This document shows, one piece after another, positions 8,736-18,828 of a stretch of 64,000 nucleotides of DNA. Each line of letters begins with the position of its first letter. The first letter of the stretch is position 1. The translations under genes were made by a program, and so were the position numbers. The stretch comes from Patescibacteria group bacterium. Its GTDB lineage: Bacteria > Patescibacteriota > Minisyncoccia > Phycocordibacterales > Phycocordibacteraceae. Where the stretch lies: positions 36,963 to 100,962 of the forward strand of contig JAHJYC010000003.1 in NCBI GenBank assembly GCA_018826905.1, in the 5' to 3' direction. Under the pieces are notes generated by a model, which was not told the DNA's origin, did no database searches, and worked only from the letters and a program-made list of their open reading frames with translations.

Positions 8736-10490
8736 ATGCAGGTATCTGAAAGCGAACTCAAAGAATTCATTCTTGATTCCGGACTTGTTCCTCGGAAGGA
8801 TGTTGAGGCTGCAGACGAGGAGGCAAAGAAGAAGAAACAATCTCTTGGAGATATTCTTATTGCCCAAGGTGCGCTCTCCACTGATTCTTTGCGACGCATT
8901 AAAGCATATGTGCTCGGTATTCCGTTCGTTAATTTGAAGGATAGGAAGATTCCTTTGGAAGTACTCTCTCTTATTCCTGAACCAATTGCTCGCACGCACT
9001 CCATCGTTGCCTTCCGCAAAGGAGAAGGAGAACTTGAGGTGGCAATGCTAGATACAGAAGATTTGCCTGCGATTGATTCCGTGCGTAAGACAACAGGACT
9101 TAAGATTCAGGCGAGGCTTACAGACGAAGACTCTCTGAAGAATGTTCTTTTGCAGTACCAGAAGTCTTTGAAGGAAGAGTTCGGCGACCTCATTTCAACT
9201 GAAGCAGGGAAGATTAACCTTATAAAGGATGCAGTTGAGGGAGACGAGACCTCTGGAGAGGATCTTAAGAAGATGGCTGAGGATCTTCCTATTGTACGTA
9301 TTGTTGATACTTTGCTCCGACACGCCATTATTCAGAAGGCATCTGACATTCATATTGAGCCAATGGAGCACGAGGTGTTGGTGCGGTATCGTATTGACGG
9401 TGTGTTGCATGATGCTATGACCCTGCCACGCACTGCTGCAGCTGGTATTACCGCTCGTATTAAAGTGCTTGCGAACTTGAAGCTAGACGAGAAGCGTCTT
9501 CCACAAGACGGACGATTCAAGATGGAAACGGAGACGGATAAGGTCTCGTTCCGTGTGTCTATGCTCCCTACGTATTTTGGAGAGAAGATCGTTATGCGTT
9601 TGCTTCGCGAAACGGGAGAGGGCTTTACCCTTGATGTGCTCGGGTTTCATGGAGATTCCATGGAGCGTATCCATAAGGCAACAAAAGCATCAACGGGACT
9701 CATTCTTATTTCAGGACCAACAGGATCAGGAAAGACAACAACCCTCTATACCATTCTGGATATTTTAAATACTCCTGATGTGAACATAAGTACCGTTGAG
9801 GATCCAATTGAGTACCAGATGAAGCGAGTAAATCAGACACAGGTGAACCCTGCGATTGGGTTTACCTTCGCAAATGGACTCCGTTCTCTCGTTCGTCAGG
9901 ACCCAGACGTTATTATGGTAGGAGAGATTCGTGACGGTGAGACTGCGTCACTTGCGATTAACGCTGCACTTACGGGACACTTAGTGCTCTCAACCATTCA
10001 CACTAACTCAGCAGCAGGTGCAATCCCTCGTCTTATGGATATGGGGGTTGAGCCCTTTCTTCTCGTGTCTACACTTCGCGTTATTGTGGGTCAACGACTT
10101 GTGCGTAGACTGTGCGATGGAAAGGAGCAGTATTCGCTAGATGCTGAAGAGCGCGCAAAGGTTGCAGGTACTGACAAGTTTGATGCAGTACTCAAGGCAC
10201 TCACAGACGAGAAGCTTGTAAAGGCAGGAAGCGGACTTGATGACGTGCCGTTCTATAAACCAACTCCTTCAGCTCAGTGTGAGGATGGATATTCAGGACG
10301 TATTGGTATTCATGAAGTACTCTCAGTCACTCCAACCATTCGTGATTTGATTTTGCATAATGGAACAACTGACGCTATAGAGGAACAGGCACGCAAAGAG
10401 GGCATGCTTACTATGCTTGAGGATGGAATCTATAAGGCAACAAGAGGAGTTACCTCAATTGAAGAGGTATTGCGTGCTGTTACGGAGTAG
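8736..10490 (+). CDS. pilB: type IV pilus assembly ATPase PilB (GspE family)
   Basis: 584 aa; N-terminal GSPII_E_N domain; Walker A GPTGSGKTTT; Asp and His boxes; ...VGEIRD... Confidence 0.9.
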   Translation: MQVSESELKEFILDSGLVPRKDVEAADEEAKKKKQSLGDILIAQGALSTDSLRRIKAYVLGIPFVNLKDRKIPLEVLSLIPEPIARTHSIVAFRKGEGELEVAMLDTEDLPAIDSVRKTTGLKIQARLTDEDSLKNVLLQYQKSLKEEFGDLISTEAGKINLIKDAVEGDETSGEDLKKMAEDLPIVRIVDTLLRHAIIQKASDIHIEPMEHEVLVRYRIDGVLHDAMTLPRTAAAGITARIKVLANLKLDEKRLPQDGRFKMETETDKVSFRVSMLPTYFGEKIVMRLLRETGEGFTLDVLGFHGDSMERIHKATKASTGLILISGPTGSGKTTTLYTILDILNTPDVNISTVEDPIEYQMKRVNQTQVNPAIGFTFANGLRSLVRQDPDVIMVGEIRDGETASLAINAALTGHLVLSTIHTNSAAGAIPRLMDMGVEPFLLVSTLRVIVGQRLVRRLCDGKEQYSLDAEERAKVAGTDKFDAVLKALTDEKLVKAGSGLDDVPFYKPTPSAQCEDGYSGRIGIHEVLSVTPTIRDLILHNGTTDAIEEQARKEGMLTMLEDGIYKATRGVTSIEEVLRAVTE

Positions 10491-10570
10491 CTAGCCAAGC
10501 TACATTTTCATGCTATTGTGCGCTGGTCGCACGAAAGAAGCACCGGGCTTCTCGCGACAGGGAGGTACCA

Positions 10571-10927
10571 ATGAGTAAGGTGTTTGTTGGAATCCTGGTG
10601 TCCGCGTTTTTGGGCGTCATCGTCTATTCGCTCGGCGCCCACTACTTCGGCACCGCGATCATGCCGGGCGGTGAACAGCCGAGTCTGTTCGCGCCGACGC
10701 TGCAGTGGCTGGTCGCCGCGGTGGGAGCGGTCGCCATCTACATGGCGGCCGACGTGGTCGCTTCGGGCGTGCTCGCCATCATCCTGTTCGTCGTCGCCCT
10801 CGTTGTGGGCGGGACGCTGCAGGTCGGCTGGGAGTCCTGGCTCTGGGCTGCTGTCGCTGCCGCCATCGGCGCCACGCTCGGCAACCTGTTCGTTCCGGTT
10901 CAGCGCGGGACCGTGAGCGCCCAGTAG
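10571..10927 (+). CDS. high-GC small polytopic membrane protein, 118 aa (3-4 TM), unknown family
   Basis: gggaggtacc SD 5 nt before ATG; GC3 nearly all G/C; hydrophobic segments VGILVSAFLGVIVYSL, LVAAVGAVAIYMAADVVASGVLAIILFVVALVVGG, LWAAVAAAIGATLGNLFV. Confidence 0.55.
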   Translation: MSKVFVGILVSAFLGVIVYSLGAHYFGTAIMPGGEQPSLFAPTLQWLVAAVGAVAIYMAADVVASGVLAIILFVVALVVGGTLQVGWESWLWAAVAAAIGATLGNLFVPVQRGTVSAQ

Positions 10928-10971
10928 TCGCGCTTGCACTGCCGCATTTGTGACGGGACGCGGCGCATATC

Positions 10972-11013
10972 GAGCTGAGACTCTTCTTCGGAACGTCTCA
11001 GCTCTTTTCTTTT
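10972..11013 (+). terminator. rho-independent terminator of the cassette
   Basis: gagctgagactcttcttcggaacgtctcagctc hairpin + ttttctttt. Confidence 0.65.
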
Positions 11014-11032
11014 GCATGCTACGATTATGTAC

Positions 11033-12244
11033 ATGAAATTTCGTGTCACCGTTAAGACCGCAGAGGGGAGCGAGGAGAAGCGAGTCGTTGAAGCAGCGTC
11101 TCGCTTTGGTGTGTACTCTGAAATAGAAAAAGAAGGAGCAACAGTGCTCTCTGTTGAAGACGGTGCGGGGACAAAGATGCCGAAGTGGAGTGAGATAACT
11201 ATCGGAACAGGAGTGAAGATGGATGAGCGGATTACGTTTACCAAAAACTTGGCAGCAATGATCTCTGCTGGACTCACACTCTCGCGTGCACTCTCTGTTA
11301 TTGAACGCCAATCAACAAACAAGGCACTGAAGAAAATTGTTATAGACCTTGAGGAGCGAGTGAAGAAGGGAGATGCATTCCATGAAGCACTGGCCGGGCA
11401 CTCAAAGGTCTTCTCTGAACTCTTTATTGCGATGACTAAGGCGGGGGAAGAGTCTGGAACGCTTGCGGAGTCGCTTACGGTTGTGGCTAGTCAGATGGAT
11501 AAGGCCAATTCGCTTCAGAAGAAAGTGAAGGGTGCGATGATTTACCCGTCTATCATTCTGTCTGCCGTGGTGGTGATTGGTATTCTTATGCTTATTTATG
11601 TAGTGCCAACACTTTCAAATACATTTAAGGAACTTGGAGTGGAGTTACCAGCTGCCACGAAAGCAATTGTGAATACCTCAGACTTTATGGCAAACAATGT
11701 TGCCTTGGTGTTCGGACTCCTTATTGGCTTCTTTGGAGGGCTCTATTTCTTCCTTAAATCCAAGGTGGGGGGAAAGACACTTCTGTTCGTGTCTTTACGT
11801 CTTCCTATAATTGGGGAGCTTGTAAGAGAAACTATGAGTGCGCGTGGTGCTCGTGCACTCTCATCCCTCCTTTCTTCAGGGGTAGAAATGTTATCTGCAC
11901 TTAAAATCACAAGTGAGGTAGTGGGAGATAATGTGTTTGGAAAAGTGGTTGATGAAGCATCTGAGCGAGTACGAAAGGGAGAAGCACTTTCCGCTGCGTT
12001 CACCGATCATCCAAAGCTGTATCCTATTTTTGTTGCAGACATGATTGCTGTTGGAGAAGAGACAGGAAAGGTTGCAGACATGTTGGGACAAGTTGCGCAG
12101 TACTACGAGACTGATGTAGAAGATCGTACGAAAGACCTCTCAACAATTATTGAGCCAGTGCTCATGCTTGTTATCGGAACGGTTGTAGGTATCTTTGCGA
12201 TGTCTATGATTTCTCCGATCTACTCTCTCTCGGACAAGATTTAA
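11033..12244 (+). CDS. pilC: type IV pilus assembly platform protein PilC (GspF family)
   Basis: T2SSF-like domains with three TM segments; ATG start chosen at MKFRV... (the ORF track begins at an upstream TTG). Confidence 0.85.
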   Translation: MKFRVTVKTAEGSEEKRVVEAASRFGVYSEIEKEGATVLSVEDGAGTKMPKWSEITIGTGVKMDERITFTKNLAAMISAGLTLSRALSVIERQSTNKALKKIVIDLEERVKKGDAFHEALAGHSKVFSELFIAMTKAGEESGTLAESLTVVASQMDKANSLQKKVKGAMIYPSIILSAVVVIGILMLIYVVPTLSNTFKELGVELPAATKAIVNTSDFMANNVALVFGLLIGFFGGLYFFLKSKVGGKTLLFVSLRLPIIGELVRETMSARGARALSSLLSSGVEMLSALKITSEVVGDNVFGKVVDEASERVRKGEALSAAFTDHPKLYPIFVADMIAVGEETGKVADMLGQVAQYYETDVEDRTKDLSTIIEPVLMLVIGTVVGIFAMSMISPIYSLSDKI

Positions 12245-12279
12245 ATAGAGGTGAGCGAGTGCGTTATCATACGTAGCAT

Positions 12280-13743
12280 ATGACCGTACAGCGTGGCATG
12301 ACGCTTATTGACGTACTCGTGGGATCAGCACTCGTGCTTATTGTATTCCTCACACTCCTTGGACTCTTGCGTGCGTCGTTACTTATTTCCTCTTCTTCAA
12401 AAGCAAAGGCTGGAGCAACTGCTGTTGCAACTACGCAGATGGAGTACTTGCGTTCTCTTCCGTATGCATCTGTAGGAACAGTAGGAGGTATACCTGCAGG
12501 AAATATTCCACAAACTGCGACAACAACTATGAACGGCATTCCCTACACTATTCGCACGTTCGTTGCGTATGTGGACGATGTGAAAGATGGGACAGGGGTG
12601 AGTGATTCAAACGGGATCACCACAGACTATAAAAAGGCGAAGGTTGCGGTGACGTATGTTTTTAGAGAGACCGTGCGGGAGGTTGCACTTATTTCAAATA
12701 TCGCGCCTCCTTCTATTGAAACAACGGCAGGGGGAGGAACTCTTCGTGTGAATGTTGTAGACGCAGTCGGTGTCCCAGTATCTGGTGCTTCAGTGCGTAT
12801 TCAAAATACGTCGCTCGCACCAACAGTTGATGTAACTACTTTCTCTGATGTTTCAGGGGCGGCAACGTTTCCCGGAGCGCCAACATCAACTGAGTATCAG
12901 ATTTCTGTAACAAAGTCTGGCTATTCAAGTGCGGAGACGTATGTACGTGATGCAACAAATCAGAATCCTACTCCGGGGTATCTCACTGTTGTTGGGGACC
13001 AGACAACATCAGGAACATTCAGCATTGATGCGTTAGTACCGTTTACGTTGCGTACTCTGTATCCAATTCGCTCAGCAAGTCAGTCCGACACCTTTTCAGG
13101 GAGTGCAGGGTTGTTGTCTATGACAAACACGCAAGTGTCTGGAGGAGCACTGCAGCTTGCGGGAAGCGTTGGAAGTTATGCTGCATCAGGAAGCGCGCGT
13201 TCCACAACAACTACACCGGCGTACCTTTCTGCGTGGACAAACGTTTCAGGGGCTCTAACTGCTGATACTGGTACTACTGTACGCGTCCATGTCGGAGATG
13301 CTGATGGAGTTCTCATACCAGACGCGGTGCTTTCAGGAAATGCGACTGGGTTTTCTGCGTTTCCCATTTCACTTTCTACAGTCTCAACGTCAACATATCC
13401 GAGTCTTACACTTGTAACAGAACTCACTACAAACAATGCCTCCTCAACGCCAGAAATTCTTGAATGGGGATTTGTATATGATGAAGGACCAATTCCTGTT
13501 CCAGATGTACCCTTCACTCTTACCGGCGCAAAGAAGAAGGGGACAACAGGAGAGGGTGCAGCAATTTATAAAACCATTGTTTCAACAACAACGGATGCAA
13601 CAGGTGCTCGTTACATTCCAATTGAATGGGATGTGTACACTCTCTCGGAGGTAACTGGGTATACGGTCTCAAGTTCTTCGGTCGCGTCACCGTACACGCT
13701 TACACCGGGAGTGCCGTTTGATGTGTCACTTTTCTTAGAATGA
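12280..13743 (+). CDS. large pilin-like protein with prepilin-type N-terminus and Ig/CarboxypepD_reg-like beta domains
   Basis: N-terminus MTVQRG|MTLIDVLVGSALVLIVFLTLLGL resembles a class III signal peptide / N-methylation site (D in place of the usual E at position +5). Confidence 0.55.
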   Translation: MTVQRGMTLIDVLVGSALVLIVFLTLLGLLRASLLISSSSKAKAGATAVATTQMEYLRSLPYASVGTVGGIPAGNIPQTATTTMNGIPYTIRTFVAYVDDVKDGTGVSDSNGITTDYKKAKVAVTYVFRETVREVALISNIAPPSIETTAGGGTLRVNVVDAVGVPVSGASVRIQNTSLAPTVDVTTFSDVSGAATFPGAPTSTEYQISVTKSGYSSAETYVRDATNQNPTPGYLTVVGDQTTSGTFSIDALVPFTLRTLYPIRSASQSDTFSGSAGLLSMTNTQVSGGALQLAGSVGSYAASGSARSTTTTPAYLSAWTNVSGALTADTGTTVRVHVGDADGVLIPDAVLSGNATGFSAFPISLSTVSTSTYPSLTLVTELTTNNASSTPEILEWGFVYDEGPIPVPDVPFTLTGAKKKGTTGEGAAIYKTIVSTTTDATGARYIPIEWDVYTLSEVTGYTVSSSSVASPYTLTPGVPFDVSLFLE

Positions 13744-13744
13744 T

Positions 13745-14326
13745 ATGAAACGCGCGTTCACTCTTGTTGAGACAATTGTAGTGGTGGCCATCCTGGCTAC
13801 TGTTGGAGTCGGGCTTCTGACGATGATTGCGTACTTCTATCGCTCAAATGCCTATGTGCTAGAGCAGACTACTGCTCTAGATTCTGCGCACAGAGGTATT
13901 GATGAAGCGTTTGGAATTTTGCGTGAAGCTTCGTATGGAGAAGACGGTGCGTTTCCTCTTGCTGCCGCTGCTACCTCAAGCATCATGTTTTACAGCGACA
14001 TAGATATTGATACTCCCGTTGAGCGTGTCCATCTGTACCTTTCAAATGGGACGATGTACCAGGGAGTTACAAATGCAGCAGGGAATCCTCCTTCGTATGT
14101 GGGGCAACCTGAGACAACGTATACGATCGCAACGTATGTAAAGAATGCGACATCAACACCAATCTTTAGGTACTACAATACGGTAGGCACTGAGCTTACT
14201 GGGACGATAAACCTTGCTGACGTAGCGTCCGTGAAGTTGCGTCTAGACGTGGACTTAAATCCACTCCGTGCACCAAATATTCTCACGATTGAACAGAGCG
14301 CAACGCTCAGAAACTTGCGATACTAA
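13745..14326 (+). CDS. prepilin-type N-terminal cleavage/methylation domain protein (minor pilin/pseudopilin)
   Basis: MKRAFTLVETIVVVAILATVGVGLL canonical G/A-FTLVE prepilin motif; 193 aa. Confidence 0.7.
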   Translation: MKRAFTLVETIVVVAILATVGVGLLTMIAYFYRSNAYVLEQTTALDSAHRGIDEAFGILREASYGEDGAFPLAAAATSSIMFYSDIDIDTPVERVHLYLSNGTMYQGVTNAAGNPPSYVGQPETTYTIATYVKNATSTPIFRYYNTVGTELTGTINLADVASVKLRLDVDLNPLRAPNILTIEQSATLRNLRY

Positions 14327-14331
14327 TATCT

Positions 14332-15768
14332 ATGAAAGGACACACACCAGTTCGCGGATATCTCATGCTTCTCGCAATTGTATTTGGAGCGGTGTTTATA
14401 ACAGTGCTCGGTGCGTTGTCTGGTTATGTGCTCACACAAAATCGTGCACAGTCTACTGCTACTGCGGGAAGTAGAGGATTTGCAATTGCAGAAGCGGGAC
14501 TAGAGTACTACCGCTGGTTTCTCGCACACTACCCAAACGATCTTACAAACGGAACGGGGGGAGGGGGACCATATACTATTCCTTACAATGATCCAGAAGG
14601 AGGAGAGACTGGGACCATCTCGCTAGATATTTCAGGAAACATTTCCTGTGGGCAAACTACCTCAATTGATATTCGTTCAACTGGAATTCCTACTGAGCAA
14701 GAGAGTGCAGAGCAAACAATTGTTGCGAGGTACGCACGTCCGACAGTTGCACGCTTTTCGTATGTTTTGAATGACAGCGTATGGGCAGGAGACGATCGCA
14801 TAATAAATGGTCCGTATCATAGCAACGGAGGTATCCGCATGGATGGTACTGCAAACGCTCCCGTAACAAGTTCGCTTTCTAGCTGGCTCTGCACTTCTTC
14901 GTTTGGTTGCTCTCCGAATCAAACAAAGACAGGAGTGTGGGGAAGTGGAGGAATACAAAGTTTGTGGGAGTATCCGGTGCCTCAAGTAGATTTTGCTGGT
15001 ATTGCTGCAGACTTCAGTACGCTGAAGAATACTGCGAATACGAGTGGGCTGTATCTTGCCCGGTACAGTTCAGGATCTAACAAAAACAATGCAAATTACT
15101 GGCGCGGGTACCATCTTATTTTTAATGGAAACGGAACAGTTACCATTCGTCGCGTAACGGGAACTACCTCCCTCTCATTTGTTGGAATAAATGCTGAAGA
15201 TACAGTAGATCGTACACTTATCTCATCAGAAAGTTTTTATAGTACGTACACACTTCCTGCGGACTGCGGACTTATTTTTGTTGAAGACAACGTGTGGGTA
15301 GAGGGAGTAGTTGATCGCAAGGTAACACTCGTTGCTGCAAACATCACCACGACAGGTATTGCTCCTAGCGCCGTACTTAAGGAAGACATCACCTATGCAG
15401 CAACTGACGGCTCAGACGGACTTACGCTTATTGCTGAAAACAATGTTCTTATAGCTCCCGACTCTCCACACAACATGACACTGAATGGAATTTTCGTCGC
15501 GCAGGGAGGAGCATTCGGGAGAAACCTCTATTCTTGCCCGGGCTCCTATGAACCCAAAGGAACGCTCACCATTCTTGGAACTACAGTATCTAATTTGCGT
15601 ACAGGAACACAGTGGCAAAATGGCTGTTACTCGTGGTGGAGCGGGTATGGCGATGCAGGGTATCAATCGCGTGTAGATGCGTTTGATAGAAATCTCTCAA
15701 CAGACCCTCCTCCTTTCACTCCAACGACTTCAACAGACTACGAGTTCGTAGACTGGAGAGAGGAATAA
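14332..15768 (+). CDS. pilus-associated protein with PilX_N-like N-terminus (minor pilin / tip component candidate)
   Basis: TM anchor then NRAQSTATAGSRGFAIAEAGLEYYRW motif typical of PilX N-domain; large beta-rich remainder. Confidence 0.5.
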   Translation: MKGHTPVRGYLMLLAIVFGAVFITVLGALSGYVLTQNRAQSTATAGSRGFAIAEAGLEYYRWFLAHYPNDLTNGTGGGGPYTIPYNDPEGGETGTISLDISGNISCGQTTSIDIRSTGIPTEQESAEQTIVARYARPTVARFSYVLNDSVWAGDDRIINGPYHSNGGIRMDGTANAPVTSSLSSWLCTSSFGCSPNQTKTGVWGSGGIQSLWEYPVPQVDFAGIAADFSTLKNTANTSGLYLARYSSGSNKNNANYWRGYHLIFNGNGTVTIRRVTGTTSLSFVGINAEDTVDRTLISSESFYSTYTLPADCGLIFVEDNVWVEGVVDRKVTLVAANITTTGIAPSAVLKEDITYAATDGSDGLTLIAENNVLIAPDSPHNMTLNGIFVAQGGAFGRNLYSCPGSYEPKGTLTILGTTVSNLRTGTQWQNGCYSWWSGYGDAGYQSRVDAFDRNLSTDPPPFTPTTSTDYEFVDWREE

Positions 15769-15791
15769 CAGGCACGTGCTAGGATTCATGT

Positions 15792-16529
15792 ATGCTTATC
15801 ATCGGAAATTGGAAGGCCTACATTGAATCTACAACGAAGGCAAAGGCTCTCTTTGCTTCTGCAAAACGACTTTCTGCAAAGGGAGTACATGAGGTAGTAG
15901 TTGCACCAGCATATCCCTATATAGGTATGGGGGCAGGAATTAAAGGACTTATTCTTGGTGCGCAGGATGTATCGGAAACGACCGGGGGCGCACAAACAGG
16001 CGAAGTTGCGGCTGGGCAGCTGGCTGATCTGGGAGTGTCGTATGTTATTGCAGGACATTCGGAGCGTAGAGCGCGTGGAGAGACTGACGAAGTTGTTACT
16101 GAAAAAGTCCGGCACATATTCGCGCACGGCATGGTCCCTGTACTTTGCGTTGGAGAGCGAGAGCGAGATTCAGATGCGCAGTATTTGAAGGAAGTACGCC
16201 AGCAGATAAGTGTTGTTATGGAGGCGTTGTCTCAAAAGGAGCGTTTACAGGTAGTTCTTGCATATGAGCCGGTCTGGGCAATTGGAAAAACCGGGGCTGA
16301 CGCAATCACTGCAGGAGACCTGGCTGAGATGGTGTTGTATATCAGAAAGATTCTCGGGGACTACATTCCAGGGAGAGCAACTACAAAAGTGAAGATTTTG
16401 TACGGCGGGTCTGTTGATGCAGAAAATATTCGTATGCTCGCGAGTGGGACGGGAGTGGAAGGATTTTTAGTAGGACGAGCCAGTGCAGACGTGGCCGCTT
16501 TTTCTGGATTGGTTAAGGCGCTTTCCTAG
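15792..16529 (+). CDS. tpiA: triosephosphate isomerase
   Basis: IIGNWKAY..., AYEPVWAIGTG, ...ILYGGSV signature motifs. Confidence 0.9.
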   Translation: MLIIGNWKAYIESTTKAKALFASAKRLSAKGVHEVVVAPAYPYIGMGAGIKGLILGAQDVSETTGGAQTGEVAAGQLADLGVSYVIAGHSERRARGETDEVVTEKVRHIFAHGMVPVLCVGERERDSDAQYLKEVRQQISVVMEALSQKERLQVVLAYEPVWAIGKTGADAITAGDLAEMVLYIRKILGDYIPGRATTKVKILYGGSVDAENIRMLASGTGVEGFLVGRASADVAAFSGLVKALS

Positions 16530-16538
16530 TGTATCTTC

Positions 16539-17237
16539 ATGCGTATCTTTTTACTTCTCCTTTTAGCTTTCCTTATAGTACTGATTTGTTACTGGGCAAC
16601 TACTTTTTATCTTACAGTGCAGACATCCAAAAAGATTATTGAGAATACCACTCCGTACACAAAGGAAGGGGAGGGAGACGCAGTTCTCGTGCTCGGAGAC
16701 AGTACTGCAGTTGGTATTGGAGCAGCAGCGCCTGAAGAAAGCGTCGCGGGCCAGGTAGCAAAGGAGATTGAGGTGGGGTCAGTTGAGAACTATGCGAAGT
16801 CTGGTGCTGAAGTTAACGATTTGTCAGGACAGATTGCACAAGCAAAGAAAGGTGACTATCGATTGATACTCATTCAAATTGGAGGGAACGATATCATCAG
16901 ATTCCATAATGCGCAGAAGGTAGGTAAAGAACTTGCTCAAGTATTGAAAACACTTCCCGGAAGCGAAAAGGTAATTGTTATAAGTGCGGGAGACGTGGGG
17001 GGAGCACCGCTCTTCCCGTTTCCTATTCGTCCTTTCTACACGCGGCTCAACAACGAATATCACGAAGTCTTTGAACATGTGGTTAGCGAAGCGGGATATA
17101 CTTACGTAAACTTTGGAAACTCCCCAGCAACGAAGACTATTAATGAAGACCCAAAAACATATTTAGCGGCAGATGGTTTGCATCCTTCTTCAGCGGGGTA
17201 CAAGTTATGGTTTGAAGACATTCGTCCTGAGCTTTAA
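16539..17237 (+). CDS. SGNH/GDSL-family hydrolase with N-terminal TM anchor
   Basis: VLVLGDSTAVG (block I GDS), IQIGGNDI (block III), DGLHPSSAGY (block V DxxH). Confidence 0.7.
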   Translation: MRIFLLLLLAFLIVLICYWATTFYLTVQTSKKIIENTTPYTKEGEGDAVLVLGDSTAVGIGAAAPEESVAGQVAKEIEVGSVENYAKSGAEVNDLSGQIAQAKKGDYRLILIQIGGNDIIRFHNAQKVGKELAQVLKTLPGSEKVIVISAGDVGGAPLFPFPIRPFYTRLNNEYHEVFEHVVSEAGYTYVNFGNSPATKTINEDPKTYLAADGLHPSSAGYKLWFEDIRPEL

Positions 17238-17258
17238 AAATTCGTATACACTAGACGT

Positions 17259-18392
17259 ATGAGAACAGTACGTGGAATAAAAAGACTAGAAGGCCTTCCT
17301 GTACTCGTCCGTGCAGCATTAAATGTTCCTATTGTTGATGGAAAGGTTTCAGGAAGTTTTCGGCTACGGCGTGCACTCCCTACCATTGAATACCTGCGAG
17401 AGCGTCATGCGAAAGTGATACTTCTCGGACACATTGGAGACCGAGGAACAGAATCTTTGCAACCTGTGTATGAAACTATGAAGACCATGGTGCCAGGACT
17501 TAAGTTCTGTCCGGTAACAACAGGACCAGTAGCACGAGCGGCGGTGCGCGCACTCGCGCCAGGAGAGGTGCTCATGCTTGAGAACGTCCGAAGAGATGTG
17601 GGGGAGAAGAAAAACACAAAGGCATTTGCAGCAGCACTCGCTGATTTGGCAGACGTGTTTGTTCAGGACTCTTTTGATGTATGTCATCGTCCACACGCAT
17701 CAGTTGTTGGTGTACCAGAGTTCCTCCCTTCGTATGCGGGACTTCTTGTTGAAGAAGAAGTGCGAGAACTTAAGAAGGCATTGAAGCCAAAGAATCCTTC
17801 TCTCGCTGTAATTGGAGGAGCGAAGTTTGCAACAAAGCAACCAGTCTTAAAGAAGCTTCTTGCTGTCTATGAGCGGGTGTACGTAGGAGGGGCACTCGCA
17901 AATGATTTTGCAGTTGCTGAAGGGTTGCCTGTAGGAAAGTCACTTGTTGGGGGAGCAAGCAAAGCTGAGATACGAGTGCTACTTGGGAATCGCAGATTAA
18001 GTTTGCCGCTTGATTATGTCGTTGCGCCACATGGGGGGAAGCGTGAACAAGGGAGAGTAGCTACTGTCCGCGATGTAAAGGATAGCGAGGCAATCCTAGA
18101 TAATGGACCGAAGACAATTGCCATGCTTGCGGAGCGAGTTGAGAAGGCAAAGACCATCGTATGGAACGGTCCTTTGGGGAACTATGAGAACGGATTCACA
18201 ACGGCAACTGAAGATTTGGCAAGGCTTATTGCAAATTCTCGCGCACATTCAATTGTTGGGGGTGGGGACACTGTTGCGGCAATTGAAAAGGTTGGCGTCT
18301 CAGGAAAGTTTTCTTTTATTTCTACGGGTGGCGGGGCGATGTTGGACTTTCTTTCCAAAGGCACCCTTCCAGGAATTGAAGCACTTCGTTAG
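17259..18392 (+). CDS. pgk: phosphoglycerate kinase
   Basis: 377 aa; RxDxNVP motif (RAALNVPIVDG), hinge and C-domain GGGA/GGGD motifs. Confidence 0.9.
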   Translation: MRTVRGIKRLEGLPVLVRAALNVPIVDGKVSGSFRLRRALPTIEYLRERHAKVILLGHIGDRGTESLQPVYETMKTMVPGLKFCPVTTGPVARAAVRALAPGEVLMLENVRRDVGEKKNTKAFAAALADLADVFVQDSFDVCHRPHASVVGVPEFLPSYAGLLVEEEVRELKKALKPKNPSLAVIGGAKFATKQPVLKKLLAVYERVYVGGALANDFAVAEGLPVGKSLVGGASKAEIRVLLGNRRLSLPLDYVVAPHGGKREQGRVATVRDVKDSEAILDNGPKTIAMLAERVEKAKTIVWNGPLGNYENGFTTATEDLARLIANSRAHSIVGGGDTVAAIEKVGVSGKFSFISTGGGAMLDFLSKGTLPGIEALR

Positions 18393-18799
18393 GCGATTTC
18401 TTTACGGATACGGGAAGCAATTTCACTCGCTTCAACAGGGTCATGGGGGAGCTTCGGCCAGAATGCGTAGGTACCTCTTTCTACACGGGGGATGATATGG
18501 ACGTGTAGATGGAATACCGTTTGCCCGGCCTCGGCCTCATGGTTTGAGTTTATGTGTACTCCCTTAGCGTTAACGCTATCGCGGACGGCAGGACTTATTT
18601 TTCGCACCGTACGCATTACTGCAGCGAGCGTTTCATCGTCTATATCAAAGATGTTGCGGAAGGGTTTCTTTGGGATAACAAGAGTATGTCCTGGAGTAAC
18701 CGGTTCAATGTTCATGAATGCGAGCGTTTCATCGTCTTCGTATACGATTTCCGCAGGCAACTCTCTCCGTATGATTTTCCCAAATACTGTGTCTTCCAT
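18389..18799 (-). CDS. HIT family (histidine triad) protein
   Basis: Start at MEDTVFGKIIRRELPAEIVYEDD...; HIT motif HLHVHIIPR. Confidence 0.8.
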   Translation of the reverse strand: MEDTVFGKIIRRELPAEIVYEDDETLAFMNIEPVTPGHTLVIPKKPFRNIFDIDDETLAAVMRTVRKISPAVRDSVNAKGVHINSNHEAEAGQTVFHLHVHIIPRVERGTYAFWPKLPHDPVEASEIASRIRKEIA

Positions 18800-18828
18800 A
18801 TAAGGAAACGATACCGTAGAAGGGCTAT

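Noticed and set aside
10508-11311. 267-aa minus-strand ORF and the 10584-10916 and 10705-10953 plus-strand ORFs over cassette 2, plus the 10900-11322 minus ORF over the pilC start
   Set aside because: Same high-GC artefact. They overlap the SD-led membrane-protein frame and the pilC 5' end, and their sequences are low-complexity Arg/Ser/Pro.
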